Shown here piece by piece: positions 1 to 9,070 of a stretch of DNA of 31,027 nucleotides. Numbering within the stretch: the stretch's first letter is position 1; each line of letters begins with the position of its first letter. The translations under genes and the position numbers were made by a program. The notes beneath the pieces are model-generated. The model was not told where the DNA came from. It ran no database searches and saw nothing but the letters and a program-made list of their open reading frames with translations. This DNA is from Thermoproteota archaeon (GTDB lineage Archaea > Korarchaeota > JAOZGF01 > JAOZFZ01): NCBI GenBank assembly GCA_027492035.1, contig JAOZFT010000003.1:1-31027 (forward strand), in the 5' to 3' direction.

Positions 1-31
1 CTTTGAGAATCTTTGAGAAGGTGCAAAACCC

Positions 32-1735
32 ATGTTTCCTATATGGTTTGTCGTTTTAGGAATCATCGTATATGCAATAGCTTACTTTGTTTACGCAAAA
101 TGGTTTGACAGAAACGTTTGGGAACCAGACCCAAAAAAAGCTACACCAGCCCATGTTTACATGGATGGAATACAATACTTTCCAGTCAGTAAATACGTAC
201 TGTATGGTTTCCAGTTCAAGGGGATAGCAGGTCTAGGCCCAATATTTGGGCCGTTCATAGCTTTATTCTATGGATGGGTGCCGGCACTAATCTGGATATT
301 AATTGGGAACTTTTTCATAGGTTGGATTCATGACTATTCTTCCCTTTTCCTCTCCGTCAGAAACGAAGGAAAAACGATGGGGCCTTTAACCTATGAAATT
401 ATAAGTCCAAGGGCAAGGAAAGTGCTTATGGGTTTCCTTCTGTTCTACTTAATACTAATAACAGCAGTCTTCGTCCTGCTTTGTTCATTATTCTTTAATT
501 TGTACAGGGCGTCAGTTCCAGCTATGATCTTCCTAATAATAGGTGGTGTAATAAGTGGTATACTTCTCTACAAAGTAAAAACAGGTGTCGGGGTTTCAAC
601 GCTTGTAGGTTTAATAATCACAGCCATAGGAGTGGCAGTAGGCGTTTACACAGGTCCAAGCATAACTTTCGGAGACCTTAACTTCTATATGCTTTTCACG
701 TGCATAATCCTGTTCATAGGAACAGTTGTGCCTCTAATCTACTTCACTCAACCGGTTATTTATGTTGCATCTTACCCAGCAATCTTTGGAATAGTACTTA
801 TAATACTTGGCGCCTTAATTTCGCCTGTTACGGGAGTTGCAATACAGCAACCAGCTTGGTTAGGTCCATTGGGAACTTCAGGCCAATTTTGGGGAACTCC
901 AGGGCCTATATGGCCTATTCTAATGGTCTCAATCGCATGTGGAGCAATTTCTGGCTGGCATAGCTTAGTGAGTACTTCAGGGTCCTCTACACAGTTAGAT
1001 GTTGAAACAGATGCTTTGCCTGTAGGAGCTGGGTCCATGATAACAGAAGGCTTACTTGCACTTGCTTCATTAGCGGCTTTCATGGTTGTTTCAGGTGAAG
1101 CAGTGAAAATGACTAAGTGGGATGCATTAATAAAGGGGGCGGTAGCTCTTGTTTCACCTTACACTGGTGGTGCAGCAGCACAAACTTGGCTTAGTGCATT
1201 TTATGCAATGTGGCTTGAACTATACGCTTTAACAATTGAGTTACTGGTTCTAAGGTTCTTCTGGCTTGCAATGTCTGATGTTCTAAGCCCAGTTCCTGCG
1301 TTAAAAACAGCGATAGGAAACAAGTATGTAGCAACCATAATAGCTTTAGTTGTAGGCTGGGCTTTTGCCTACTCAGGTGCCTGGGTTAACCTCTGGTTAC
1401 TTTTCGGTGGTTCAAACCAGTTACTGGCAGGGTTAGCTTTGACACTAATCACTGTCTATTTGGCAAAGGTTAAGAAACCAACAATTTTCACTTTAATACC
1501 TGCGTTGTTCATGGTAATCACATGCGAGGTTGCGTTGCTATACGAGGGAGGTAAATTCCTTTACGTTGTCTCTATGGGTAAATTTATTGCTAAGGGAGCT
1601 TTAACCAAGAATCCTGCAGCAGCAACAGCACTAAACGTTATATTCGGCATAGTAGGCCTTGTGTTATTTATTCTAGGATTAATAGTTGCATACGATGGAT
1701 TCAAAGCATTAAGAAGAGCAAAAAAAGGTGAGTAA
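32..1735 (+). CDS. cstA: Carbon starvation protein A (CstA) family peptide/pyruvate transporter
   Basis: 567 aa, highly hydrophobic multi-TM protein. It has the N-terminal TPAH..DG..Y.P motif, IAGLGPIFGP, G.IHDY.SL..SVRN.G and the CstA signature IACGAISGWHSL. An SD-like GAAGGTG lies upstream of the ATG. Confidence 0.92.
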   Translation: MFPIWFVVLGIIVYAIAYFVYAKWFDRNVWEPDPKKATPAHVYMDGIQYFPVSKYVLYGFQFKGIAGLGPIFGPFIALFYGWVPALIWILIGNFFIGWIHDYSSLFLSVRNEGKTMGPLTYEIISPRARKVLMGFLLFYLILITAVFVLLCSLFFNLYRASVPAMIFLIIGGVISGILLYKVKTGVGVSTLVGLIITAIGVAVGVYTGPSITFGDLNFYMLFTCIILFIGTVVPLIYFTQPVIYVASYPAIFGIVLIILGALISPVTGVAIQQPAWLGPLGTSGQFWGTPGPIWPILMVSIACGAISGWHSLVSTSGSSTQLDVETDALPVGAGSMITEGLLALASLAAFMVVSGEAVKMTKWDALIKGAVALVSPYTGGAAAQTWLSAFYAMWLELYALTIELLVLRFFWLAMSDVLSPVPALKTAIGNKYVATIIALVVGWAFAYSGAWVNLWLLFGGSNQLLAGLALTLITVYLAKVKKPTIFTLIPALFMVITCEVALLYEGGKFLYVVSMGKFIAKGALTKNPAAATALNVIFGIVGLVLFILGLIVAYDGFKALRRAKKGE

Positions 1736-1763
1736 CCCTTTTTCCCTCCTTTCTTTTTCTTTT
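1736..1763 (+). terminator. Probable archaeal T-rich intrinsic terminator after cstA
   Basis: Pure pyrimidine/oligo-T tract (ccctttttccctcctttctttttctttt) immediately after the TAA stop. Confidence 0.5.
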
Positions 1764-1914
1764 AGAAAAAGACCACACTTTTCCTTAGACTCATTTACTC
1801 GTTACGGGAATTTATTTACCTTATTTATCTCTTAAAAGGGATTTTATTTTTTTTTAATTTTTTAGCTTTAAAAAGAAAAAGGAACATTTATAAAGCTGTA
1901 AAAGTAGGAAACTA

Positions 1915-1946
1915 TGAAAAATTTTTATAAAACAAAACATATAAAT
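1915..1946 (+). promoter_or_regulatory. Putative BRE/TATA promoter of the FadF-like-etfB-etfA operon
   Basis: Purine run gaaaaa followed by TTTTATAAAA at about 1923-1932, with a second TATAAATA at about 1940-1947, 25-50 bp upstream of ATG 1972. Confidence 0.4.
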
Positions 1947-1971
1947 ACATTTTTTTTTGGAGGGAGAACAA

Positions 1972-3921
1972 ATGCTGCCTTCCCGTCCATACTTTACTTT
2001 TATGCCTTCTTGGGCGGTCTCAGTTTTTTATCTCAGCGTTGTAGCAGCATTAATTTTTTTCTTTGCTAAAATGTTTTTTGAAGTCCGCAGGTATGGTTTT
2101 AAGATTTCTAAACTCAAAAATATAAATGTAAAAATTAAAAATTTACTCGAGACGGAGAAACTTTTATTGACAGACATTTATGGGGGGGTAGCTCATACTT
2201 TCGTAGCCATAGGTTTGTTTATTTTGTTCTTGGGAACAATTTGTGTCTTTATAGAATATGATATCCTATTGAAATTTTTTAATACTCGTTTTCTCACCGG
2301 GGTAGTTTATCTTTCCTATGAAGTTGTGATGGATGTTGCAGGTTTAATTTTCTTCCTGGGTGTTTTGGCAGCAATTGTAAGGAGAGCCTTTGTTAAACCA
2401 TCAAGACTAATTAACAGGAAAGAAGACGCTGTGATACTGTTTATACTTCTTTATGGAGGCTTAAGCGGTTTTATAATGGAGGGTATCCGGCTTGCAATTA
2501 AACCTGTCCCTTGGGGCTCAGCGTCATTTGTGGGTTACATCCTATCCCAGATGTTTGTCCTTACTGGCCTAACATACAATTTAGGATGTGGGATTTACCC
2601 TTTCCTTTGGTTAAGCCATGGTTTAACCTTGAGTGTTGCAGTAGTTGCTTTTGCTTTCACTAAACTTAAACATTTTCCTCTGTATTTCCTTGGAGTGCAG
2701 AATCCTTTGGAGAAATGGGTTACCCCTTTCAATTTGCCTTTAGTTCTTGAATCTAAAAAAATAGAAGTCCCTTTAGGGGTAAACAAGCCTTCAACCCTTT
2801 CTTGGGACCAAAAAATTAATGCTGAGGCATGTGTAAACTGTGGACGTTGCGAAGAAGCATGTCCAGCTTACAGGGCAGGAAAGATTCTGTCCCCAAGAAA
2901 CATTGTCCAAAAAATATCTTTCACACTTAAAAAATCTTTAAACAAGGAATTAATTTCTTCAATAATTAATGAAGATGAAATATGGTCCTGCACCACTGAC
3001 GGTGCTTGCGTGAAAGCATGTCCAGCACTTATCAACCCTTTAGATTACATAGTGGGGTTAAGAAGATATCAGGCAATGAACCTGGGAAAAGTTCCTGGTT
3101 CAGCTTTATTCAACATTTTAGTGAGAGATAACCCTTATGGGTTACCTAGGTCGGAAAGAATAGGTTGGAGAAAAAACTTGGACATCAAGGTGTTGAAAGA
3201 GGGGGAAGAAACAGATGTTCTTTACTGGGTTGGTTGTGCAGCCTCTTACGATGCACGTTTACAGAAAGTGGCTCAAACAGTTGTTAAAATACTAAGAAAA
3301 GCCGGGGTAGATTTTGCAGTGTTAAAGGATGAGGGTTGCTGCGGTGAATTAGCTAGGAGACTTGGAGATGAATACTTGTTTCAGGAAATAATGTTTAGGA
3401 ACATTGAAAAATTAAAGAAGTACAAGTTTAGAATCCTCCTTACTACATGTCCCCATGGCTACAACATATTCAAAAACGATTACTCCGAGTTTAATGGAAA
3501 ATTCAAAGTTTATTCGCACATCGAATTCATAAACAAACTTTTGGAAGAGGGGAAGCTGGAAATAAAAGCTAACCTTAGCAAAAAAGTGACTTATCATGAC
3601 CCCTGTTACCTGAAACTATATAACAACCTCACTCAAGAACCCAGAAAAATTTTGATGAAAGCAGCTGGGTTGAAATTTGTTGAAACAAAGAAATTTTACT
3701 GTTGTGGAGGTGGTGGAGGAGGGAACTGGTTTGAGTCTAAAGGTGAACAGAGACCTAATATTTTAAGGTTCAGAGACACTTTAGAAGTTAATCCTGACTT
3801 AATAGCTGTAGCTTGCCCTTACTGTTTAAGCATGTTTGAAGACGCAGCCAAAACTGAAGGATACGAAGAAAAAGTAGAGGTAAAAGACATAGCAGAAATA
3901 ATTTCTGAACTTCTAGAATAA
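1972..3921 (+). CDS. Membrane-bound Fe-S oxidoreductase, FadF/EMO-like (NarI-like TM domain, 2x[4Fe-4S], two CCG domains; HdrD/GlpC-related)
   Basis: N-terminal TM helices carry candidate heme-b histidines (GVAHTF, WLSHG, KLKHF). Also present are CVNCGRCEEACP and CTTDGACVKACP, the CCG-domain motifs YWVGC, EGCCGE, TTCPHGY, TYHDPCYL, CCGGGGG and VACPYC. ATG 1972 after GGAGGGAG is preferred over TTG 1957. Confidence 0.88.
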   Translation: MLPSRPYFTFMPSWAVSVFYLSVVAALIFFFAKMFFEVRRYGFKISKLKNINVKIKNLLETEKLLLTDIYGGVAHTFVAIGLFILFLGTICVFIEYDILLKFFNTRFLTGVVYLSYEVVMDVAGLIFFLGVLAAIVRRAFVKPSRLINRKEDAVILFILLYGGLSGFIMEGIRLAIKPVPWGSASFVGYILSQMFVLTGLTYNLGCGIYPFLWLSHGLTLSVAVVAFAFTKLKHFPLYFLGVQNPLEKWVTPFNLPLVLESKKIEVPLGVNKPSTLSWDQKINAEACVNCGRCEEACPAYRAGKILSPRNIVQKISFTLKKSLNKELISSIINEDEIWSCTTDGACVKACPALINPLDYIVGLRRYQAMNLGKVPGSALFNILVRDNPYGLPRSERIGWRKNLDIKVLKEGEETDVLYWVGCAASYDARLQKVAQTVVKILRKAGVDFAVLKDEGCCGELARRLGDEYLFQEIMFRNIEKLKKYKFRILLTTCPHGYNIFKNDYSEFNGKFKVYSHIEFINKLLEEGKLEIKANLSKKVTYHDPCYLKLYNNLTQEPRKILMKAAGLKFVETKKFYCCGGGGGGNWFESKGEQRPNILRFRDTLEVNPDLIAVACPYCLSMFEDAAKTEGYEEKVEVKDIAEIISELLE

Positions 3922-3946
3922 GTTTTAGGGGGGTGTCTATCTATTT

Positions 3947-4750
3947 ATGCTTAAAATAATTGTTGGCATAAAATGGGTTCCGGACACTGCTGATGTTAAG
4001 TTCGACCCAGTTAAGGGGACGATTATTAGGGAAGGAGTTGAAAGCATAATAAATCCTCCGGACTTGAACGCGATAGAGCTTGCTTTAGCTTTAAAGGAGA
4101 AGTACGGGGGAGAAGTTTACGTTATTTCCATGTCTCCTCCATCCGCTATTAAAGGGTTGAAAATGGCTGTAGCCATGGGTGTAGACAAGGCGTTTCTTGT
4201 TTCAGATCGTAAATTTGCAGCTGCAGATACATTAGCTACATCCTATACCCTATCATGTGCAATAAAGAAAATAGGGAGTTATGACTTAGTAATTTTCGGA
4301 GAAGAAACAATAGACAGTGCAACTGGACATATAGGGCCTGAAGTAGGTGAAATGCTGGGCATACCTCATTTATCCTACGTTACAGAGGTTCAGGAAGTGG
4401 ATCTTCAACAAAGAACTATTAAAATGGTTAGAGAGGTTGAAGATGGAGTTGAATTCTTTCAGGCAAACCTTCCGGTAGTTATTTCAGTCGGTGTTGGGAT
4501 AAACACTCCAAGGTACCCTATCCCATTGAGGAGGTTGCTAACAGAACTTGAGACAAATAAATATATTGAAACATGGGCTCTCAATGATATAGGGGCTGAT
4601 CCTGAAAAAGTGGGGTTTAAGGGGTCTCCTACTCGGGTTGTGAAGGTGATAGCTGCGCCTATGCCTGCGAGAAGACTGGAGATAAGGGAAGCTTCAGGAG
4701 AAACAGTTAAACTCTTCATTAAAAGACTTAAAGAAGCTGAAATCATTTAA
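3947..4750 (+). CDS. etfB: Electron transfer flavoprotein beta subunit (EtfB/FixA)
   Basis: IIVGIKWVPDT, INPPDLNAIELAL, SMSP, MGVDKAFLVSDRKFAAADTLATS, LPVVISV, INTPRYP and GSPTRV are typical EtfB motifs. Confidence 0.95.
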   Translation: MLKIIVGIKWVPDTADVKFDPVKGTIIREGVESIINPPDLNAIELALALKEKYGGEVYVISMSPPSAIKGLKMAVAMGVDKAFLVSDRKFAAADTLATSYTLSCAIKKIGSYDLVIFGEETIDSATGHIGPEVGEMLGIPHLSYVTEVQEVDLQQRTIKMVREVEDGVEFFQANLPVVISVGVGINTPRYPIPLRRLLTELETNKYIETWALNDIGADPEKVGFKGSPTRVVKVIAAPMPARRLEIREASGETVKLFIKRLKEAEII

Positions 4751-4771
4751 AATCAAGGGGGAGGACTTGGA

Positions 4772-5773
4772 ATGAGTAAGGAAAAATTTGAAGGGGTTTA
4801 TGTGTATATTGAACAAAGGAAAGGGGTTATCCAGGAAGCCTCTTTACAATTGTTGGGGGAAGCAAGGAAGCTTGCTGAAAAATTGAAAACAGAGGTTTCA
4901 GCCTTCCTAATAGGGTACCAATTAAAGAAATTGGTTAAGGAACCTATTTATTATGGGGCTGACAAAGTAATTTATGTTGATAACAAAGAATGTGCAAATT
5001 ATAACCCCGAAATCTACAAAACAGTTCTTGTTCAACTTGTAATGAAGTATAAACCAGAAATTTTTCTGATTGCAGGTACGAAGTACGGGAGAGAATTGGC
5101 TCCAAGCATAGCAGCTGACTTAGAAACCGGTATAACCGCGGACTGTACAGCTTTTGACATCGATGAAAAAGGGAATCTTCTACAAATAAGGCCTCCTTTC
5201 GGAGGAAGGGTTCATGCATACATAATAACTCCTGAAAAAAGGCCTCAAATGGCCACAGCTAGACCGAATGTTTTTCCTTTACCTGAAAGGAATGTTTCAC
5301 GAAAAGGAGAAATAATTAAGGAAGAAACAGAAGTCTCTAAACCTTCTATGGCGTTAATTAAATTTGAAAAGGGAAGTGAAGCTGAAATCCCTATAGAGAA
5401 AGCTGAAGTTCTGATTTCTTTTGGAAGAGGTTTCAACCTAGAAGATGCTCATCTTTTGGAGGAGCTTTGTGATTTCTTTCTTAAAAGTTCAATTTCTTGT
5501 TCAAGACCCATTGTAGACGCTGGTTTAATGCCTAGGTCAAGGCAAGTGGGGCAAACAGGGAAAACTGTAAGACCTAAACTTTATTTAGCTATAGGTATCT
5601 CAGGTGCGATTCAACACTTGGCTGGAATGAAAGATTCAAAGTTTATTGCTGCAATAAACAAGGATCCTAACGCTGAAATTTTTAAATTCTGCGACTTCGG
5701 GATAATTGGGGACTATAAAGAAGTTATTCCTTTACTTATTGAAGAATTGAAGAAGAAACAAGCTCCCTCCTAA
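4772..5773 (+). CDS. etfA: Electron transfer flavoprotein alpha subunit (EtfA/FixB)
   Basis: GRELAP, GITADCT, RPPFGG, PQMATARP, and the FAD-binding C-terminus SRPIVDAG...QVGQTGKTVRPKLYLAIGISGAIQHLAGM...AINKDPNAEIF. Confidence 0.96.
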   Translation: MSKEKFEGVYVYIEQRKGVIQEASLQLLGEARKLAEKLKTEVSAFLIGYQLKKLVKEPIYYGADKVIYVDNKECANYNPEIYKTVLVQLVMKYKPEIFLIAGTKYGRELAPSIAADLETGITADCTAFDIDEKGNLLQIRPPFGGRVHAYIITPEKRPQMATARPNVFPLPERNVSRKGEIIKEETEVSKPSMALIKFEKGSEAEIPIEKAEVLISFGRGFNLEDAHLLEELCDFFLKSSISCSRPIVDAGLMPRSRQVGQTGKTVRPKLYLAIGISGAIQHLAGMKDSKFIAAINKDPNAEIFKFCDFGIIGDYKEVIPLLIEELKKKQAPS

Positions 5774-6034
5774 ACTTTTCCTTCATAAAAATCCAGAGAA
5801 AACCCTAGAACATGTTTTAAAGCTTAATTTCTTTTCCCCTTACTTCTCTGGGACTTGTGCTCAAGTTTTCCTTATTGATAAGCTGCCAAACCCTTTCTCC
5901 TAAAAAGGAATTTTATTGGTTTCTTTCTGCCTTCAAAAAATTTAAAAAGAAGCCTTAGAAAGTAATTTCTTCCTTACCTTTCTACACCCCCTAACCTCTT
6001 TAACTAATTTACTAGGTAAGGTGCGGGATAAGTC

Positions 6035-7270
6035 TTGTTACCTGTTTACTTGGAAGCTGCAGCTTTAATTTTTAGCTTTATTCTAATTTTAGTTCTCATA
6101 AGGTTAAAAGTTGATTTAGGGGCAAGTTTACTTTTAAGTTCATTATTGCTTCTTCTTATTTACTCTTTCACTCCCTTCAATGCATTGCTTGTTTTTTGGC
6201 GTGGAGCAACAAACCTTTACACGTTAAAAATAATAGAAATAGTTGTTTTAGCCATAGCTTTAAGTGGTTTCATGGAGAAAAACGGTTACTTATCTAAACT
6301 GACAAAATCCTCTATCCTTATGCTCCACGACCCAAGATATGTTTTCTTGATTGTTCCGGCATTAATTGGTTTACTTCCGATGCCTGCTGGTGCCCTTGTT
6401 TCAGCCATAATGATAAATGATTTTGCTAACAAAATTGGTTTAAGCGGGGAAATAAAGACACTTGTTAATTACTGGTTTAGGCATATTTGGGAGTACTCAT
6501 GGCCTTTGTATCAAGGCATACTTTTAGAGTCAGCAATTCTTGATGTAGCTCTTCAAAAACTTGTTTATAGCCAAATACATTTAACTTTTCTCGCTATCTT
6601 GCTTGGTTTCGTTTTCTGTTTCAGGAAAGTAAAAGCTAAAATAAATACGGGGTCAAATAAGAGTTTTAAAGAAGGGTTTATTGGTATCTTGAAATCTCTT
6701 TGGCCTATTTTACTTGTAATAGTGGTTAGTTTAGTGGCTGGAGTGGATGTTTCATTAACCTTACCTGCAGCCCTAATTTTAACTTTCCTTGCTTCTAAAC
6801 TGTCTAAAGAGGAAGTAAAGTATTCTTTCAAGAAAGCCTTATCTCCAAGTTTAATTTTGACAGTTGTGGGGGTTATGATTTTCAAGGAAACACTAGAGGA
6901 AACAGGTGCAATTGAGTCACTGTATAAAGCTTCTTTGCTCTATAATTTGCCTTCATTGGCTTTAATAATTTCTATTCCTTTCTTAGTGGGTTTAGTTACT
7001 GGTGTGACAGTGGCTTTTGTAGGAATCTCTTACCCCGTCCTACTTCCATTCCTGAAACTTAGCGGCTCAGTGAGTTACAGCTTAGCTTCGCTTGTTTTTG
7101 CATCTGGGATGGCTGGAGTTCTTCTTTCTCCTCTACACCTCTGCCTTGTTTTTTCTGCGAAATACTTCAAAGCTGAAATGTCTAAAGTTTATAGGCTGCT
7201 TTATGCACCTGCCGCCCTTATATTAATTGTCCAAACTTTAATTACTTTCCTCAATTCCTTCTTTTCATAA
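6035..7270 (+). CDS. DUF401 family integral membrane protein (putative IT-superfamily transporter)
   Basis: 411 aa multi-TM protein with the motifs PALIGLLPMPAGALVSA, NYWFRHIWEYSWPLY and GVLLSPLHLCL, which I recognise as characteristic of DUF401. TTG start after GGTGCGGG. Confidence 0.85.
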   Translation: MLPVYLEAAALIFSFILILVLIRLKVDLGASLLLSSLLLLLIYSFTPFNALLVFWRGATNLYTLKIIEIVVLAIALSGFMEKNGYLSKLTKSSILMLHDPRYVFLIVPALIGLLPMPAGALVSAIMINDFANKIGLSGEIKTLVNYWFRHIWEYSWPLYQGILLESAILDVALQKLVYSQIHLTFLAILLGFVFCFRKVKAKINTGSNKSFKEGFIGILKSLWPILLVIVVSLVAGVDVSLTLPAALILTFLASKLSKEEVKYSFKKALSPSLILTVVGVMIFKETLEETGAIESLYKASLLYNLPSLALIISIPFLVGLVTGVTVAFVGISYPVLLPFLKLSGSVSYSLASLVFASGMAGVLLSPLHLCLVFSAKYFKAEMSKVYRLLYAPAALILIVQTLITFLNSFFS

Positions 7271-7298
7271 CTTTTTAACAAAGAAAGTTTTAGATGAC

Positions 7299-8090
7299 TT
7301 ATTTTTCTTTTTTGGTTATGTTCACGAATTCAACTGCTTTTTTGAATTCTCTTGTTCCTCCTCCCTCCTCTATAACTCTAATTAATAAATCAGGGTTCTT
7401 AGTTATTATTCCGCTCATCATCGAAACTCCTCTTTTGAAGAATGGAGCAGGATACATGCTTGCCGTAGGCCCTACCAAAGCTATGAATTTAGCGTTTCTT
7501 GTAAGTTCCAAAATTCTCCCTATTGTTTTGTTCATAACTGTCACCCCTGTCACTATAACTATTTTTGAATTAGGCAGATATTGTTCACAAGCAAAGTCAG
7601 GTAAAGCATCTTTTCTTCTGGTTACGTCTCTTTCAAACAAATACAGTTTTTTTGTTTTCTTTTTAAGGAAGGGAATGAAAGGATCTATTTTACCGATCAT
7701 GGCTACTTCTTCATCTTCCCTTATTTCTAAAAAATCCAATAAATTCCCTTCCTTAAACTCAAACTCTTCTTTACTTCTTTCCAAAGCTATTTGGGAAACA
7801 GCATTGATTGCTGCAATTCCCACTGCTGCTTCACCCATGTCCCAAGACTTAGCCATTTCCATCAACGCAAAAATGTTTTGGTTGCTTAAAGAACCCGCTT
7901 TCTTAACTACTCCGCAATCTTCAATTAATATTTCATTTAATGGAGTTGCACAAACCCCTACATGACCTGTTGAAAGCTTAACCCCGGTGTAACCTAAACC
8001 AATAACCACCCTCTCAGGTGTTATTTCCTCTATTTCAGACACTTTCCTTTTAAGAACTGAAATTTCCTCCGTCAAAATCTCAAGAGACAA
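7299..8090 (-). CDS. DUF364/DUF4213 Rossmann-like domain protein (putative heavy-metal chelation)
   Basis: VVIGLGYTGVKLSTGHVG, AVGIAAINA, VAMIG, ITGVTVMNKTI-like and LVGPTAS motifs. The start is probably TTG 8090 behind GAGGTG rather than 8147. Confidence 0.85.
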   Translation of the reverse strand: MSLEILTEEISVLKRKVSEIEEITPERVVIGLGYTGVKLSTGHVGVCATPLNEILIEDCGVVKKAGSLSNQNIFALMEMAKSWDMGEAAVGIAAINAVSQIALERSKEEFEFKEGNLLDFLEIREDEEVAMIGKIDPFIPFLKKKTKKLYLFERDVTRRKDALPDFACEQYLPNSKIVIVTGVTVMNKTIGRILELTRNAKFIALVGPTASMYPAPFFKRGVSMMSGIITKNPDLLIRVIEEGGGTREFKKAVEFVNITKKEK

Positions 8091-8767
8091 TGAAAAACAC
8101 CTCAATTTCTCCTTATCCGCCTTTTCAAAGGAAGAATAAAGCTTCAAGTAAAACAGAAGACATTAACAATTCACTGTTTTAAAGGAATAAAAACATAGTA
8201 TTTTAAAGTTCAAGGTTCCTTTTTCTAAAGAAGAAAATCTTTGGAAAAAAGAAGTCTTCATAAGAAAGGGAAGTTACTCCTTTGCTGAACTTCTTTGCTG
8301 ATTGTTTTACCTCATTTTTATGTTTTCTATGCTTCAAAAATTCTGGTAATTGCACCGTTAGCTTTTTTAGGCATTTCTTTGGGTAAAGAACGCTACCCAA
8401 TAGATTCTGCAAGAAGAATTAGTTAAATGTGGAGCTGGAAGGAACACTGTTATCAAGTGAACTAATTACGGGCCGCATCTTTATGTAGGGAACAAAGAAG
8501 TTCTGGTGGTGTGCAACCTTTACAGATGACAAAATTTCTAACGTTGTTCAAGTGTAGAAGCGAAGTTGAACCTTTAAATAGTTTTTCAATAAATTATAAA
8601 CCTTGTATGGGCATGGTTAAAAAATTCCAGCGGCCTCTGTCCCTTACCTTTTTTCCTTAAAGCAAAATTTTTTAGAAAGGATTTTAGGCACTGCTTTTGC
8701 ATACTTGAATGAAATAATGCCTTTCATCAGTGGACATTTACCCTCAAAATTTCTTTTTTACTTTTCT

Positions 8768-9064
8768 TTACTTCACCTTTACGTGGTAAATCATCCCCAA
8801 AATTAAGCTAAGCAACATAACTGTAAGAACAATTAATGAAGTTAAGGCGTTACTTAACTCTTTATTCCTTGTGAAGGCTGAAAAAGCGGCGGCAACCCTC
8901 GTTAATGGTGTTAAAATCAATGTCATTGTTGCTATCGATAACACTTCCATATATCTTCCTTTTCCTTCAGTTGCCGCGTAAATTCCAAACCCTATGGAGA
9001 ACAGAGAGAAACTAATGATCATTCCAGCAGTTAAAGTAATATAAACAGCTTTATTTACATCCAT
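8768..9064 (-). CDS. DUF1634 family small membrane protein
   Basis: 98 aa with three hydrophobic helices and the LILTPLTRV motif. It sits directly downstream of a TauE/SafE gene, the usual pairing. Confidence 0.75.
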   Translation of the reverse strand: MDVNKAVYITLTAGMIISFSLFSIGFGIYAATEGKGRYMEVLSIATMTLILTPLTRVAAAFSAFTRNKELSNALTSLIVLTVMLLSLILGMIYHVKVK

Positions 9065-9070
9065 ATTCCT

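Noticed and set aside
1-19. Tandem 9-mer CTTTGAGAA x2 upstream of cstA
   Set aside because: Only two copies at the window edge, merging into the SD. It cannot be told apart from chance or from the end of an upstream gene.
8203-8412. 69 aa minus-strand ORF in the long intergenic gap
   Set aside because: TTG start with no clear SD, low-complexity K/F composition expected from AT-rich DNA, and no motif.
8458-8460. In-frame TGA as possible selenocysteine in a small Cys-containing peptide
   Set aside because: The frame has no start codon (TAG immediately upstream), there is no redox-motif context, and I saw no archaeal SECIS-like hairpin.
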